From positions 25,824 through 89,823 of the forward strand of contig JBIKWQ010000002.1 of assembly GCA_044356215.1 (NCBI GenBank): 64,000 nucleotides of DNA, in the 5' to 3' direction. This DNA is from Bdellovibrionota bacterium (lineage in GTDB: Bacteria > Bdellovibrionota_C > UBA2361 > OMII01). Positions 47,866 through 56,094 of the stretch are shown one piece after another. Below the pieces are notes generated by a model. It was not told the DNA's origin and made no database searches. It saw only the letters and a list, made by a program, of their open reading frames with translations. The position numbers and the translations under genes are program-made. Within the stretch, counting starts at the first letter, position 1. Each line of letters opens with the position of its first letter.

Positions 47866-50178
47866 TCAGTATCCCCCCCCAACCGCTAAGATCCGCAGCA
47901 ACCCCTCCAGATCCGTAAACTGCCGGGCCGAGTCAAACATTACGCTCTTATCTGTTGACGCGCCCTCTGGGCCGCACATTAAGGCGAATTGAACGCGTCT
48001 CTCACGGGCTACTAAGATCGCGTCCCTGACAAAAGTGCCACCGCCGATAAATACGATCATACCGTTACGATCCGCCACGTAATCCACTAATTGATGCGGC
48101 ACCGTAAAGAGACCTCCCTCAAGAGGGATCACATGCGTCAGCCCAGGTGTAAAAGATTGAGTTGTTTGGTCGGCCTGTACCGTTGCGCTAATCAGGGCCA
48201 GTCGATTATCCCTTAAGAATTTGGAGTTGCGCTCCTGCACCGCATGCGAGAGCGCGGTTGTGATCCCCGCATTCTTTGGGCGGCCGATCATCATATATGT
48301 TGTTTCAGGATCGATCGCCTCGACTAAACCGTTAATCAGATCTCGTATCACGCTCTGTTGCAGTCGTGATATTCGGTCCCACCACCTGGCGCCCGACGCG
48401 CCTAGAATTAAAAGCGGCCTCTTACCGCTCGTAGCCGCAGCTATGCTCTCTGATGAGTAATTAATACCCTGAGCTCTTAAGTGCTGTTCAAAGTTTCTCC
48501 GAGCTGAATCATCTCGCGCATGATCCTCTAAAACCAGCGGGGGGAGCGCGGATATTTTTGAGCCCACTAGCTCAATGAAATTAGCCTTTAATTTATTTAA
48601 CTTGCGAGCGAACCTAGCCGCCTCTCGATCTGTATGCGCCACTTCGTGCCGAACGATCGTCTCGAAATGGTGCTCTTTTAGTCCCGCGAATGAAGCTGTG
48701 TCATCGAGCTGCCAGATGTCGGTTTGAAAGAGACCTCCACCGTCCGAGCAAACCACAAAGGGGATGTCGAGATTTAAGCATTTTACCATCTCGAGCTCTT
48801 CCGCCGTGTCGATATTATTAAGAGCTAAGTTAGAGTCGGGATTAAATTCGATCATCACCAGATCGCGTTTAGCCAGATCGCTCGCTACTCTTAACGCCTC
48901 ATCGTCTAATCCGTGAGCGGCGTGTCCGATCCTGACCCGCATATTGTATTTCTGAGCTAGCAGGAGCGACTCTCTGACGTTACTAAAGTTTTTGCGATTC
49001 TCGCCCGCATGAATACGAAGAGTAAATTCAGGATCGTTGTCTGCCGCCCATGAGGCGATCTCTTTTATATGTGGTTCTAAGTCACCTATCTTGTTGTCCT
49101 CAAAACCTAGGAAATCAACACCAACAATGTAAGGGCTTGCGCCAATAATTTTAAGCTTCTCAACCTCACGGGCTAAAAGCGCGGGTGGAAGATTCCTTGG
49201 AAGACCGGCTAAAAAACGCAGCCTTACACCAGTGTCTCGCTCAATCGCTGGGAGTGACTGATGTAGCAGCTTGATGTAATCCGCTGTGAGAAGCCCCCCT
49301 GAGGTTGCTGTGATCTCGGCGTATTGAACTCCTTGATGCGCGTACTCCTCGGCATATTTTAGAAGTAGCTCATAAGCTATCTTAGGCGATTTAGTGATCG
49401 GTGTTCTAAAGCGATAAACAGAAACTTCAAGATCGCCAAAGGTTACTTGCCGATCGGGTGGGATAGACATAGCCGCAGCCAAGATCTTTCTGCTCTTAGT
49501 TGATAGACTATCGAGCGGCACAGCATCTTCCTCCTTTGGAATTCGCCCGATCTCTGGGCCGTCTGTCGGAGGATAGAAAAATCGCGGGGTTCTCTCGATA
49601 CGCGCGGTATCATAGGGGATCTTTAAAACATCTAGCAGCCGTGTTGGATAGGGAACCTTGGCGTGCAAAGCGATCGCCATTAGCCCCTTGGCTGACACCT
49701 GACCCGAGCTGTGGGTGTGGAGGTCTGTGCGCAGGACTGGCGGCTTAAGAGCCGGTCTGGGGTAGGGGAGCCATCTGTGAAGTTTCTCGTTGGCTAACAT
49801 GCGGGTCTCAAAAACCGTTAGCTTCTGAAAAACTTCACCGTATTCGACACCGCGCGCCGTGACTCGGTACTTACCAAATAGCTGGCCATCTCTATCGCGC
49901 GAGCCGCCCAAGAATATCTCTATCTCAAAGAGCGCTCCAGCGCTTGGAGGTAAGGTTAAGGAGATTGCTGGTGTCGAATCAGCTCTTCTAGAGAATTTAG
50001 CGGGGACTCCCGCTATTTTAAAATTGATAAGGGTAACCAAGTGGTGCTCTACACGGCCAGTTGTGTTTACTGGGCCGACTATACGGGCTGAAAGGTGGCG
50101 CGACCCAGGTTTATATACGAAGAGGATCTGATAATGGTACCCCCAGTCTAGGGGGTGCTGGATGGAAACTAGGGGCAT
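47866..50178 (-). CDS. Adenosine/AMP deaminase-family amidohydrolase fused to a C-terminal SLOG-like domain
   Basis: DLHTH, GVQYAEI, VGVDFLGFE, RIHAGE, RIGH, EFNPDSNLAL, CSD. C-terminal LLILGAS...IVFIGGGTF...GPEGAS pattern. Confidence 0.8.
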   Translation of the reverse strand: MPLVSIQHPLDWGYHYQILFVYKPGSRHLSARIVGPVNTTGRVEHHLVTLINFKIAGVPAKFSRRADSTPAISLTLPPSAGALFEIEIFLGGSRDRDGQLFGKYRVTARGVEYGEVFQKLTVFETRMLANEKLHRWLPYPRPALKPPVLRTDLHTHSSGQVSAKGLMAIALHAKVPYPTRLLDVLKIPYDTARIERTPRFFYPPTDGPEIGRIPKEEDAVPLDSLSTKSRKILAAAMSIPPDRQVTFGDLEVSVYRFRTPITKSPKIAYELLLKYAEEYAHQGVQYAEITATSGGLLTADYIKLLHQSLPAIERDTGVRLRFLAGLPRNLPPALLAREVEKLKIIGASPYIVGVDFLGFEDNKIGDLEPHIKEIASWAADNDPEFTLRIHAGENRKNFSNVRESLLLAQKYNMRVRIGHAAHGLDDEALRVASDLAKRDLVMIEFNPDSNLALNNIDTAEELEMVKCLNLDIPFVVCSDGGGLFQTDIWQLDDTASFAGLKEHHFETIVRHEVAHTDREAARFARKLNKLKANFIELVGSKISALPPLVLEDHARDDSARRNFEQHLRAQGINYSSESIAAATSGKRPLLILGASGARWWDRISRLQQSVIRDLINGLVEAIDPETTYMMIGRPKNAGITTALSHAVQERNSKFLRDNRLALISATVQADQTTQSFTPGLTHVIPLEGGLFTVPHQLVDYVADRNGMIVFIGGGTFVRDAILVARERRVQFALMCGPEGASTDKSVMFDSARQFTDLEGLLRILAVGGGY

Positions 50179-50183
50179 GAGTT

Positions 50184-50212
50184 AGTTTATATCGAATTCG
50201 GACGTAGTTCAA
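50184..50212 (-). promoter_or_regulatory. Putative (near-)leaderless sigma70 promoter of the deaminase gene
   Basis: Minus strand TTGAAC-N17-TAAACT-N5-ATG with no SD. Confidence 0.55.
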
Positions 50213-50276
50213 ACCGAAAAATGGATAGGCGCTTTTGTGTAGATATTCACGCGCTTAAGATTATGTTATTTAGCCG

Positions 50277-53200
50277 CTACTTAGGCAAAAGAGCATCAAA
50301 TTGCGCCTTAGTGATATCCGGAAAGGAGTCACGTCTTAGGGAGCTCAACCTAACCAGATCCTTAGTAAAAAAAACACCTCCACTGGTAAGCTGCAAGATG
50401 ACATCAGGGTCACCCGCGGCAATATTAGAGATGAAGCCTTCCGTGGAACGCAACCTAGGCATTTCAAAATTCTCAAGCCAATCGTAGATAGGCGCCGCAG
50501 TTGGGCAGTCCGAGTGCCCCAGAGTGGTCAGAACTTGCAATAATTTAGGTTTGATTTGGGACGGTTTAGACGAAAACGGTCTTCCAGAATAGAGGCCCTC
50601 ATCTTTAGCGGTCGGAAAGTAAGTTGTCGCTATCTGTTTGTACTTATCGGGAATAACGGAGATCCAGTGGTTATAAAGCTTACTCACGTATTGTTCATCT
50701 AAACCGCCTCGCTCTAACAGCGCGGACATAAGGATCTTAGCGCGAGTCGGAGTCGGAAGCTGACTCAGATTAGATCTTGTTATCTCCGATGTCTCGTAGG
50801 TCTTCATTTTTTTTGCCAGCGTTAAATTCCGCTCTGATAGGCTTTTTTTAATAATATTTAAATGACTGGGGAGTAATTCGAGTTCATTTGGCGAGTAGAG
50901 CTTAAGTTGCGAGATCGTGAATATTCCATATCTAAGCAACTTGAATACTACTTCTTTGTCCTCTACAATTTCGGATACGTAACTGTGTTCTTTTAATGAG
51001 GCAGCTTGTTCCTCAGCAGTCCAGTCACTTAACTTCCTTATGTATCCATATGCAGGATTACTGTCCTGTGAAATCAGACCAAGAGAGGAGTTCACCGTCT
51101 GCCTAATTGCTTCCTTGGTTACCTCTCTAGCCTTAGCTATTTCTTCTAAAGTTTGCCCTACTAGGAAGCGACATTCGCATATCTCCCGACGGCCGTTTGG
51201 TAAAGCTCTAAACCACTCCTTTAGTAAAACCTGCACCGTTTGGAGGTTTTTATATCGCGTATCACTATGTTGTTGAGGTACCTGATCAAGGAGCGAGTAA
51301 TCAGAATCGTTACCACGTGGCGCGTTTAAGGATATTGGCCCTTTAATGGACCGTTTCGCTCTGTATTCACGGATCAGTCGTTGTGCCGTGGTCGAGTCCT
51401 GATATGTTTTCGCCAATACGCTTTCTCGCTCCTCAGTGGTCAAGCTGCGTTGTTCTTTTTGCACTTCTCGAGCTATTGCCTCGGCGAATTGTCTCTGCCT
51501 TTTAACAGATTCTGATCCCGCTTCGTCCCGTTGTAACTTGCTTTTAATCCATTTGAACGCGTAGGTGCTAAAAGCGCCGCGAGTGCCGTCATAAAGCTCG
51601 ACGGCTCGCAAAAGTCCCTGAAATCCAGCCCCTTTTGCCTGTTTAAGCCTTTGCTTGCTGTTCTCATCAACGTTTGTGCTCATCTGACTAATAGCCTTTC
51701 CTATTAGGTTCTTGTTCTTGCGAGCGATACTTCTCCGAAGCAACTCAGAGTGTTGATACAGCCTAACGAGGTGCCTTTTAAGCGCTGATAAATCATCCTT
51801 ATCCTCCGGGATAAGATCCATCAACCGGTTATACTCGCCCTGGCGATAATCGTACGGCATGCGAAGTTTTTCGAGATACTCGCGGGTGATAGACATCTGC
51901 GCGTACAAAGCTTTAAGCGCCTCGTTTCTCTGGCCATTGGCCTCGGTTGACTCGGCCACCTTATTTATCAACAAATTAGTCTGGGATAATAACTTTTTGC
52001 AGTCGTCTTTAAGAGGGCCCCAGAGATTTGAAGCATGATTTATTGCAGTAACCTCGGTACCGTTGTTACTTACTTGATGAGGTAGAGATTTAAGGTGTTC
52101 ATAAAAGTTTTGAGATTCTGAAGTGATTAGCTTGAGCAGCTCAAGTTGCACTGGCCAGAGAGATAGTAGCGACCTCCATAGGCTGGCTTCAGCATTATAG
52201 AATCCTTCCCAAAGTTCAGGGTTTCTGAGACTCTCGATTGATTTAAAGTCAGGTTTTTTTTGAAGCAGCGCGTTGAGTGCTTTGTCTTCAGGCCACACAG
52301 GAGTAAAAGGTTTCAAGGCATCTGGAGGGGGGAGCGCAGCGCTCTCCGTTCCAAAGATCGAGAATAGCTCATTTGTAACGGGTGCTTGGGCGGTGACTAC
52401 CTCACCCTGCTCCTCTGAGTTAAACGAATTCGTAAAGTCGCGAAAAATCCATTGGACTGGTGAAGCTGGGCCCGATCCTTCTTTAGTTTCCTGAGAGTCG
52501 CAGCGGAATAGGTTGAGCTGCAGTGTCATTGGCAGGACATGTGAACTGTCGGTACCTCTGTAGCGTGCTAAATCGCATCCTCGGACTTCTTTTTGGTGGG
52601 GGATCGAGTCGTTTCGCACTTCGAACAAGCGTCCATAATACTCCAGATCCGCAAACGCTTTCAGAGTCTGCGCGTCTGATACTATTGGGGCAATAATATC
52701 TAACCTTAGTTCGCTCGTTTCTAATTTAAAGCCATGATCTAAAAGTGACTTGTTTATGGTGTTAAGAGTCTCGTTGGCCGCCGGACTGCGGCCAACGCCG
52801 AAGATATAACTCGGCAAAACCATGACACCGCCTGGTGCGATCAAGTGAGAGATAAGAGGAATATGAATCGTTGATAGATCGACGTCGTTCCAAAGACCAA
52901 TGTGAGGTAGGAGGGCTAGATGATAAACTCCTCGTCGGCCGCTGAGGTATTTGCTAGCTTCAGATAAAGAGAGATTCGCGTAATCTATTCGGGGGTCTGG
53001 TTTGTCACCGTAAATCAAGTTCACGCTGCGCGCTAGCGCTGCAAATTTCGCTGGCGCCTTGTCCAGTAAAGTGGCCGCGCGGGCATGGGCGAGCAGAGGC
53101 AAGATTGTGTCGCCCCCATTTGATTCAAAACTCAAGACCGCGGCTGCCTTTTGCTCCTTCAATAAACCTGATAGCGCGGGTCCTAGCAGGATCGATTCCA

Positions 53201-53699
53201 TTAATTGCCGAGGTAGGGATGGATCCAGTAACACCCGGTCTGTGTTGATGTCCGGACTTATGTCATCGTCTCGCAGGGAGAGGCTGTGCCTAAGTATCCG
53301 TAAGCTCTCGACAGGCTTTGATTCTATCTGCTGAAAAAACGCGTAGATAAGTGATTCGTCAAACTTAAAGTTTTGTAGGTGTGTGACCAGGTCTTGTTTA
53401 AGTGGCTCACGTAATGGGCTGCTCAAATCAGAGGTATTAAGCTGCGAGACTAAGTATGTAGGGAGAAGGTGAGCTGCTAATTCGAAAGCTCTCACCGCTC
53501 CAGTAGTGACATCTTCAAGGCGCCGCTTGTTGTTCTCAATTAGAGCTGAAAGACACTGGTGGAGATCTAATTGAATTGAAGTAGTGGCTATTCTCTGTTT
53601 ACAGAGCGAGTCCAGACCACCGCCGCATGAGGTATAAGCTACTCCGAAACTGTTAGTCTCTGTAATCAACACAGCTAATCCTGATTCCCCGGTTAGCAC
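50277..53699 (-). CDS. Giant multidomain sigma70-family-like protein (1140 aa)
   Basis: Region 2 GFQGLLRAVELYDGTRGAFSTYAFKWIK, region 3.2 PISLNAP..DYSLLD, region 4 QTLEEIAKAREVTKEAIRQ. Long unexplained N- and C-terminal regions. Confidence 0.8.
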   Translation of the reverse strand: MLTGESGLAVLITETNSFGVAYTSCGGGLDSLCKQRIATTSIQLDLHQCLSALIENNKRRLEDVTTGAVRAFELAAHLLPTYLVSQLNTSDLSSPLREPLKQDLVTHLQNFKFDESLIYAFFQQIESKPVESLRILRHSLSLRDDDISPDINTDRVLLDPSLPRQLMESILLGPALSGLLKEQKAAAVLSFESNGGDTILPLLAHARAATLLDKAPAKFAALARSVNLIYGDKPDPRIDYANLSLSEASKYLSGRRGVYHLALLPHIGLWNDVDLSTIHIPLISHLIAPGGVMVLPSYIFGVGRSPAANETLNTINKSLLDHGFKLETSELRLDIIAPIVSDAQTLKAFADLEYYGRLFEVRNDSIPHQKEVRGCDLARYRGTDSSHVLPMTLQLNLFRCDSQETKEGSGPASPVQWIFRDFTNSFNSEEQGEVVTAQAPVTNELFSIFGTESAALPPPDALKPFTPVWPEDKALNALLQKKPDFKSIESLRNPELWEGFYNAEASLWRSLLSLWPVQLELLKLITSESQNFYEHLKSLPHQVSNNGTEVTAINHASNLWGPLKDDCKKLLSQTNLLINKVAESTEANGQRNEALKALYAQMSITREYLEKLRMPYDYRQGEYNRLMDLIPEDKDDLSALKRHLVRLYQHSELLRRSIARKNKNLIGKAISQMSTNVDENSKQRLKQAKGAGFQGLLRAVELYDGTRGAFSTYAFKWIKSKLQRDEAGSESVKRQRQFAEAIAREVQKEQRSLTTEERESVLAKTYQDSTTAQRLIREYRAKRSIKGPISLNAPRGNDSDYSLLDQVPQQHSDTRYKNLQTVQVLLKEWFRALPNGRREICECRFLVGQTLEEIAKAREVTKEAIRQTVNSSLGLISQDSNPAYGYIRKLSDWTAEEQAASLKEHSYVSEIVEDKEVVFKLLRYGIFTISQLKLYSPNELELLPSHLNIIKKSLSERNLTLAKKMKTYETSEITRSNLSQLPTPTRAKILMSALLERGGLDEQYVSKLYNHWISVIPDKYKQIATTYFPTAKDEGLYSGRPFSSKPSQIKPKLLQVLTTLGHSDCPTAAPIYDWLENFEMPRLRSTEGFISNIAAGDPDVILQLTSGGVFFTKDLVRLSSLRRDSFPDITKAQFDALLPK

Positions 53700-53806
53700 T
53701 CACTCTTATCACGTGGCAGAGCTTGAGTAAAATTCAGGATAGCGGTGAGTGCTGTCGCTTTTGGTTCGTAATAGCGACCATCAGAGGGCATTGGGCTAAT
53801 CCAGAC

Positions 53807-54862
53807 TCATAACCCCGCCGCCTCAACAAAATAAGGCGCAAGCAGCGACCCTAATATTTTATGCCGAATCTCGCTCGGATGCGGGTCGAACGACAGGGTC
53901 AGTGATTCTTCGGAGATATTGCTGCGGGTGATATACTCTAGAAGCCCATCACGTAGCGGAATAACTTCAACCCCAGCCCTGTTTTTTATAGACCCTAACT
54001 GGGCTAGATCTCTGCGCCACGATTTTCTTGGATTGATCGTTACAAACATCTTTATCCCGCGAGCGGATGTTAATTTCGCTAATTTATCAAGCGCCCTGTT
54101 TGGATCTATGCCAACCGCGGATATCTGCTTATTTAGCTCATCAGGCGCCAGCAATCGTTTTCCCATCTGAACAAATTTCACGGAGGAGAAGAGGCCTCCC
54201 GACCCTGACACATCTCGGATAAAGAAAGGCATACCGAAATCGTTCTGAACAAAGTATACCAGCACCGCGTCGGGCTCAAAATCTAATCCGCGCTCCTCAA
54301 AAAGAGCCACCTCTTGAAAAGTTGAGTAACCTGGCACTCCGAAATTTAACACTTCAAATCGGCGCTTGCCATCAGCCACTCGGTTTAAAGAATCTTCGAG
54401 TTTCTGAGCGAACGATGCCTGCTGATCGACTCCCCAGCCAAAAGCGAAGGAGTCGCCAAGCAGCGCTATTCGATAGACACCAGCGGGCTTTGCCACGGGA
54501 CGTTCCGGTGAGCGCATGCCGCATGAGTTGGTTATCACTCGCGCGCGCATAAATGTTAGGTCTAAATTTGGCCTTAAGGTGTAGAGAATAGAGTCGTCAG
54601 GGTGCGGGTGGATTATAGCGCGTAGGGACGGAGAGTTCTCGCTGGAATCGCCAACAGATGAGGCAGCGTTACCGTCGGGAGAGCTCATAGCGCGACGGAG
54701 ATCCTCAATTGAGTCAAACTCGGTGCCTTTAGGGGAGAGAGAGACAAATTGAAGCGCGACTACGCTAACAATCAGGGCGAAGATAACCCCACCCAGGATT
54801 AATCCTACTTTGACTCGCAAGCTAAGCGGATTTGAGCTGGTGGATAGACTTACTTGAGGCAT
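53807..54862 (-). CDS. SGNH/GDSL hydrolase-family protein, membrane anchored
   Basis: RIALLGDSFAFG, NFGVPGY, VQND, DPHP. Confidence 0.88.
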   Translation of the reverse strand: MPQVSLSTSSNPLSLRVKVGLILGGVIFALIVSVVALQFVSLSPKGTEFDSIEDLRRAMSSPDGNAASSVGDSSENSPSLRAIIHPHPDDSILYTLRPNLDLTFMRARVITNSCGMRSPERPVAKPAGVYRIALLGDSFAFGWGVDQQASFAQKLEDSLNRVADGKRRFEVLNFGVPGYSTFQEVALFEERGLDFEPDAVLVYFVQNDFGMPFFIRDVSGSGGLFSSVKFVQMGKRLLAPDELNKQISAVGIDPNRALDKLAKLTSARGIKMFVTINPRKSWRRDLAQLGSIKNRAGVEVIPLRDGLLEYITRSNISEESLTLSFDPHPSEIRHKILGSLLAPYFVEAAGL

Positions 54863-54889
54863 GGACTGCTAGCCTTCTTGAACTTGAGA

Positions 54890-55357
54890 TTAACTTCCGA
54901 TTGCGCGACGAAACGTCGCTGGATTGCCAGCATATATTCCGGGCTTCGTAATGTCTTTAGTTACAACCGCCCCAGCACCGATAACGGCCCCATCACAGAT
55001 CTTTACGGGGAGTATAGTCGCGCCTGAGCCGATTGAGACCTTTGAGCCGATCGAAGTTCCCTTCCAGTCCTTTGGATCGCGCGAGGGCGCGCCGGCCTTA
55101 AACAGATCATTAACAAACATAACTCCGTGAGCGATAAAGCAATCGCTGCCTATCTCAACACCCTCGCAGATAAAGGTGTGAGATTGAACGCGTGTTCGTT
55201 GGCCGATCTTGACGCCCCTCTGGATCTCTACAAAAGGTCCAACAAAAACATCATCGCTTAACTCACATCCATAGACGTTGCTTGGCTCGATGATCGTTAC
55301 GCGCTCACCGCACTTAATATCCTTAATAGCGGCTTTTAGTATTCGTGGCTCACCCAT
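54890..55357 (-). CDS. Hexapeptide-repeat acyltransferase (sugar N-acetyltransferase-like)
   Basis: VGPFVEIQ, VQSHTFICEGV, HGVMFVND, IGAGAVVTKD, AGNPA. Confidence 0.9.
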   Translation of the reverse strand: MGEPRILKAAIKDIKCGERVTIIEPSNVYGCELSDDVFVGPFVEIQRGVKIGQRTRVQSHTFICEGVEIGSDCFIAHGVMFVNDLFKAGAPSRDPKDWKGTSIGSKVSIGSGATILPVKICDGAVIGAGAVVTKDITKPGIYAGNPATFRRAIGS

Positions 55358-55368
55358 CTTTAATTCCT

Positions 55369-56094
55369 TTACTTGTTGAATACCTTTCGATCGAATCTAG
55401 CTATAACCCAAGGCTTTAACATCTGGTACCACCCTTTGAAAGGTTTAATCTTCGAGTACGGAGCTTTGCCCCCGGGGTAGCGCATGGTAATCGGCACCTC
55501 AACACTGCGAATCGATCTGTCACGTAAGATCTTACCGTAAAGGTAATACTCGAATCCGTAAGTGTCTAAAGATGAGGATCTCCAATCAAAGGTAGCGCGC
55601 TTAAAGAGCTCTAGTTTGTAGGCTTTATAGCCACAGGTTGCATCAGTTAGCTTAACACCGTAGAGCAGCCAGACAAATAGGTTTACCATTGGGATACTCA
55701 GGCGTCGAAAAGCTGGAGCATTTGGGAATTCCCCACCGGGTAGGAAGCGGCTACCTGTGACGTAGTCGGCTTTCCCAGAACTTATTGGTTCTAAGACTCT
55801 GTGCAGCTCTGATGGTAGCATCTTGCCATTACTCGCTATCACAGCAAACGTGTCGTACCCACGCTCAAGTGCCCAATCAGTGGCTTTGATAAAGCTGTGA
55901 CCAACACCGAGATTTTTAGGCAGATCGATATATTCGTAACCACTCTGGCGAACAAGAGTCTCAGAGCCATCACTCGAGCCGTTGTTAACTAAGAGAACCG
56001 TATCGCACGGAAGAGTCGTCGCGCGAAGCTCCTCAAGCACCTTCGGAAACTCTCTAATCTGGTTGAATACTGGGATAAACAGAACTGTTTTCAT
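55369..56094 (-). CDS. Glycosyltransferase family 2 (DPM1-like)
   Basis: IPVFNQ, VNNGSSDGS, DYVTGSRF, TDATCGYKAY, EVPI. ATG overlaps the ald stop. Confidence 0.88.
   Translation of the reverse strand: MKTVLFIPVFNQIREFPKVLEELRATTLPCDTVLLVNNGSSDGSETLVRQSGYEYIDLPKNLGVGHSFIKATDWALERGYDTFAVIASNGKMLPSELHRVLEPISSGKADYVTGSRFLPGGEFPNAPAFRRLSIPMVNLFVWLLYGVKLTDATCGYKAYKLELFKRATFDWRSSSLDTYGFEYYLYGKILRDRSIRSVEVPITMRYPGGKAPYSKIKPFKGWYQMLKPWVIARFDRKVFNK

Noticed and set aside
47866..53699. Canonical RADAR, Thoeris or type III CRISPR-Cad1 locus
   Set aside because: No RdrA-like ATPase, TIR protein, CARF domain or cas genes were recognised. Only domain-level analogy is supported.
50277..53699. Primary sigma factor RpoD
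   Set aside because: Too divergent in regions 2.3-2.4 and 4.2, no recognisable region 1.1/1.2, large extra domains, and no dnaG context.
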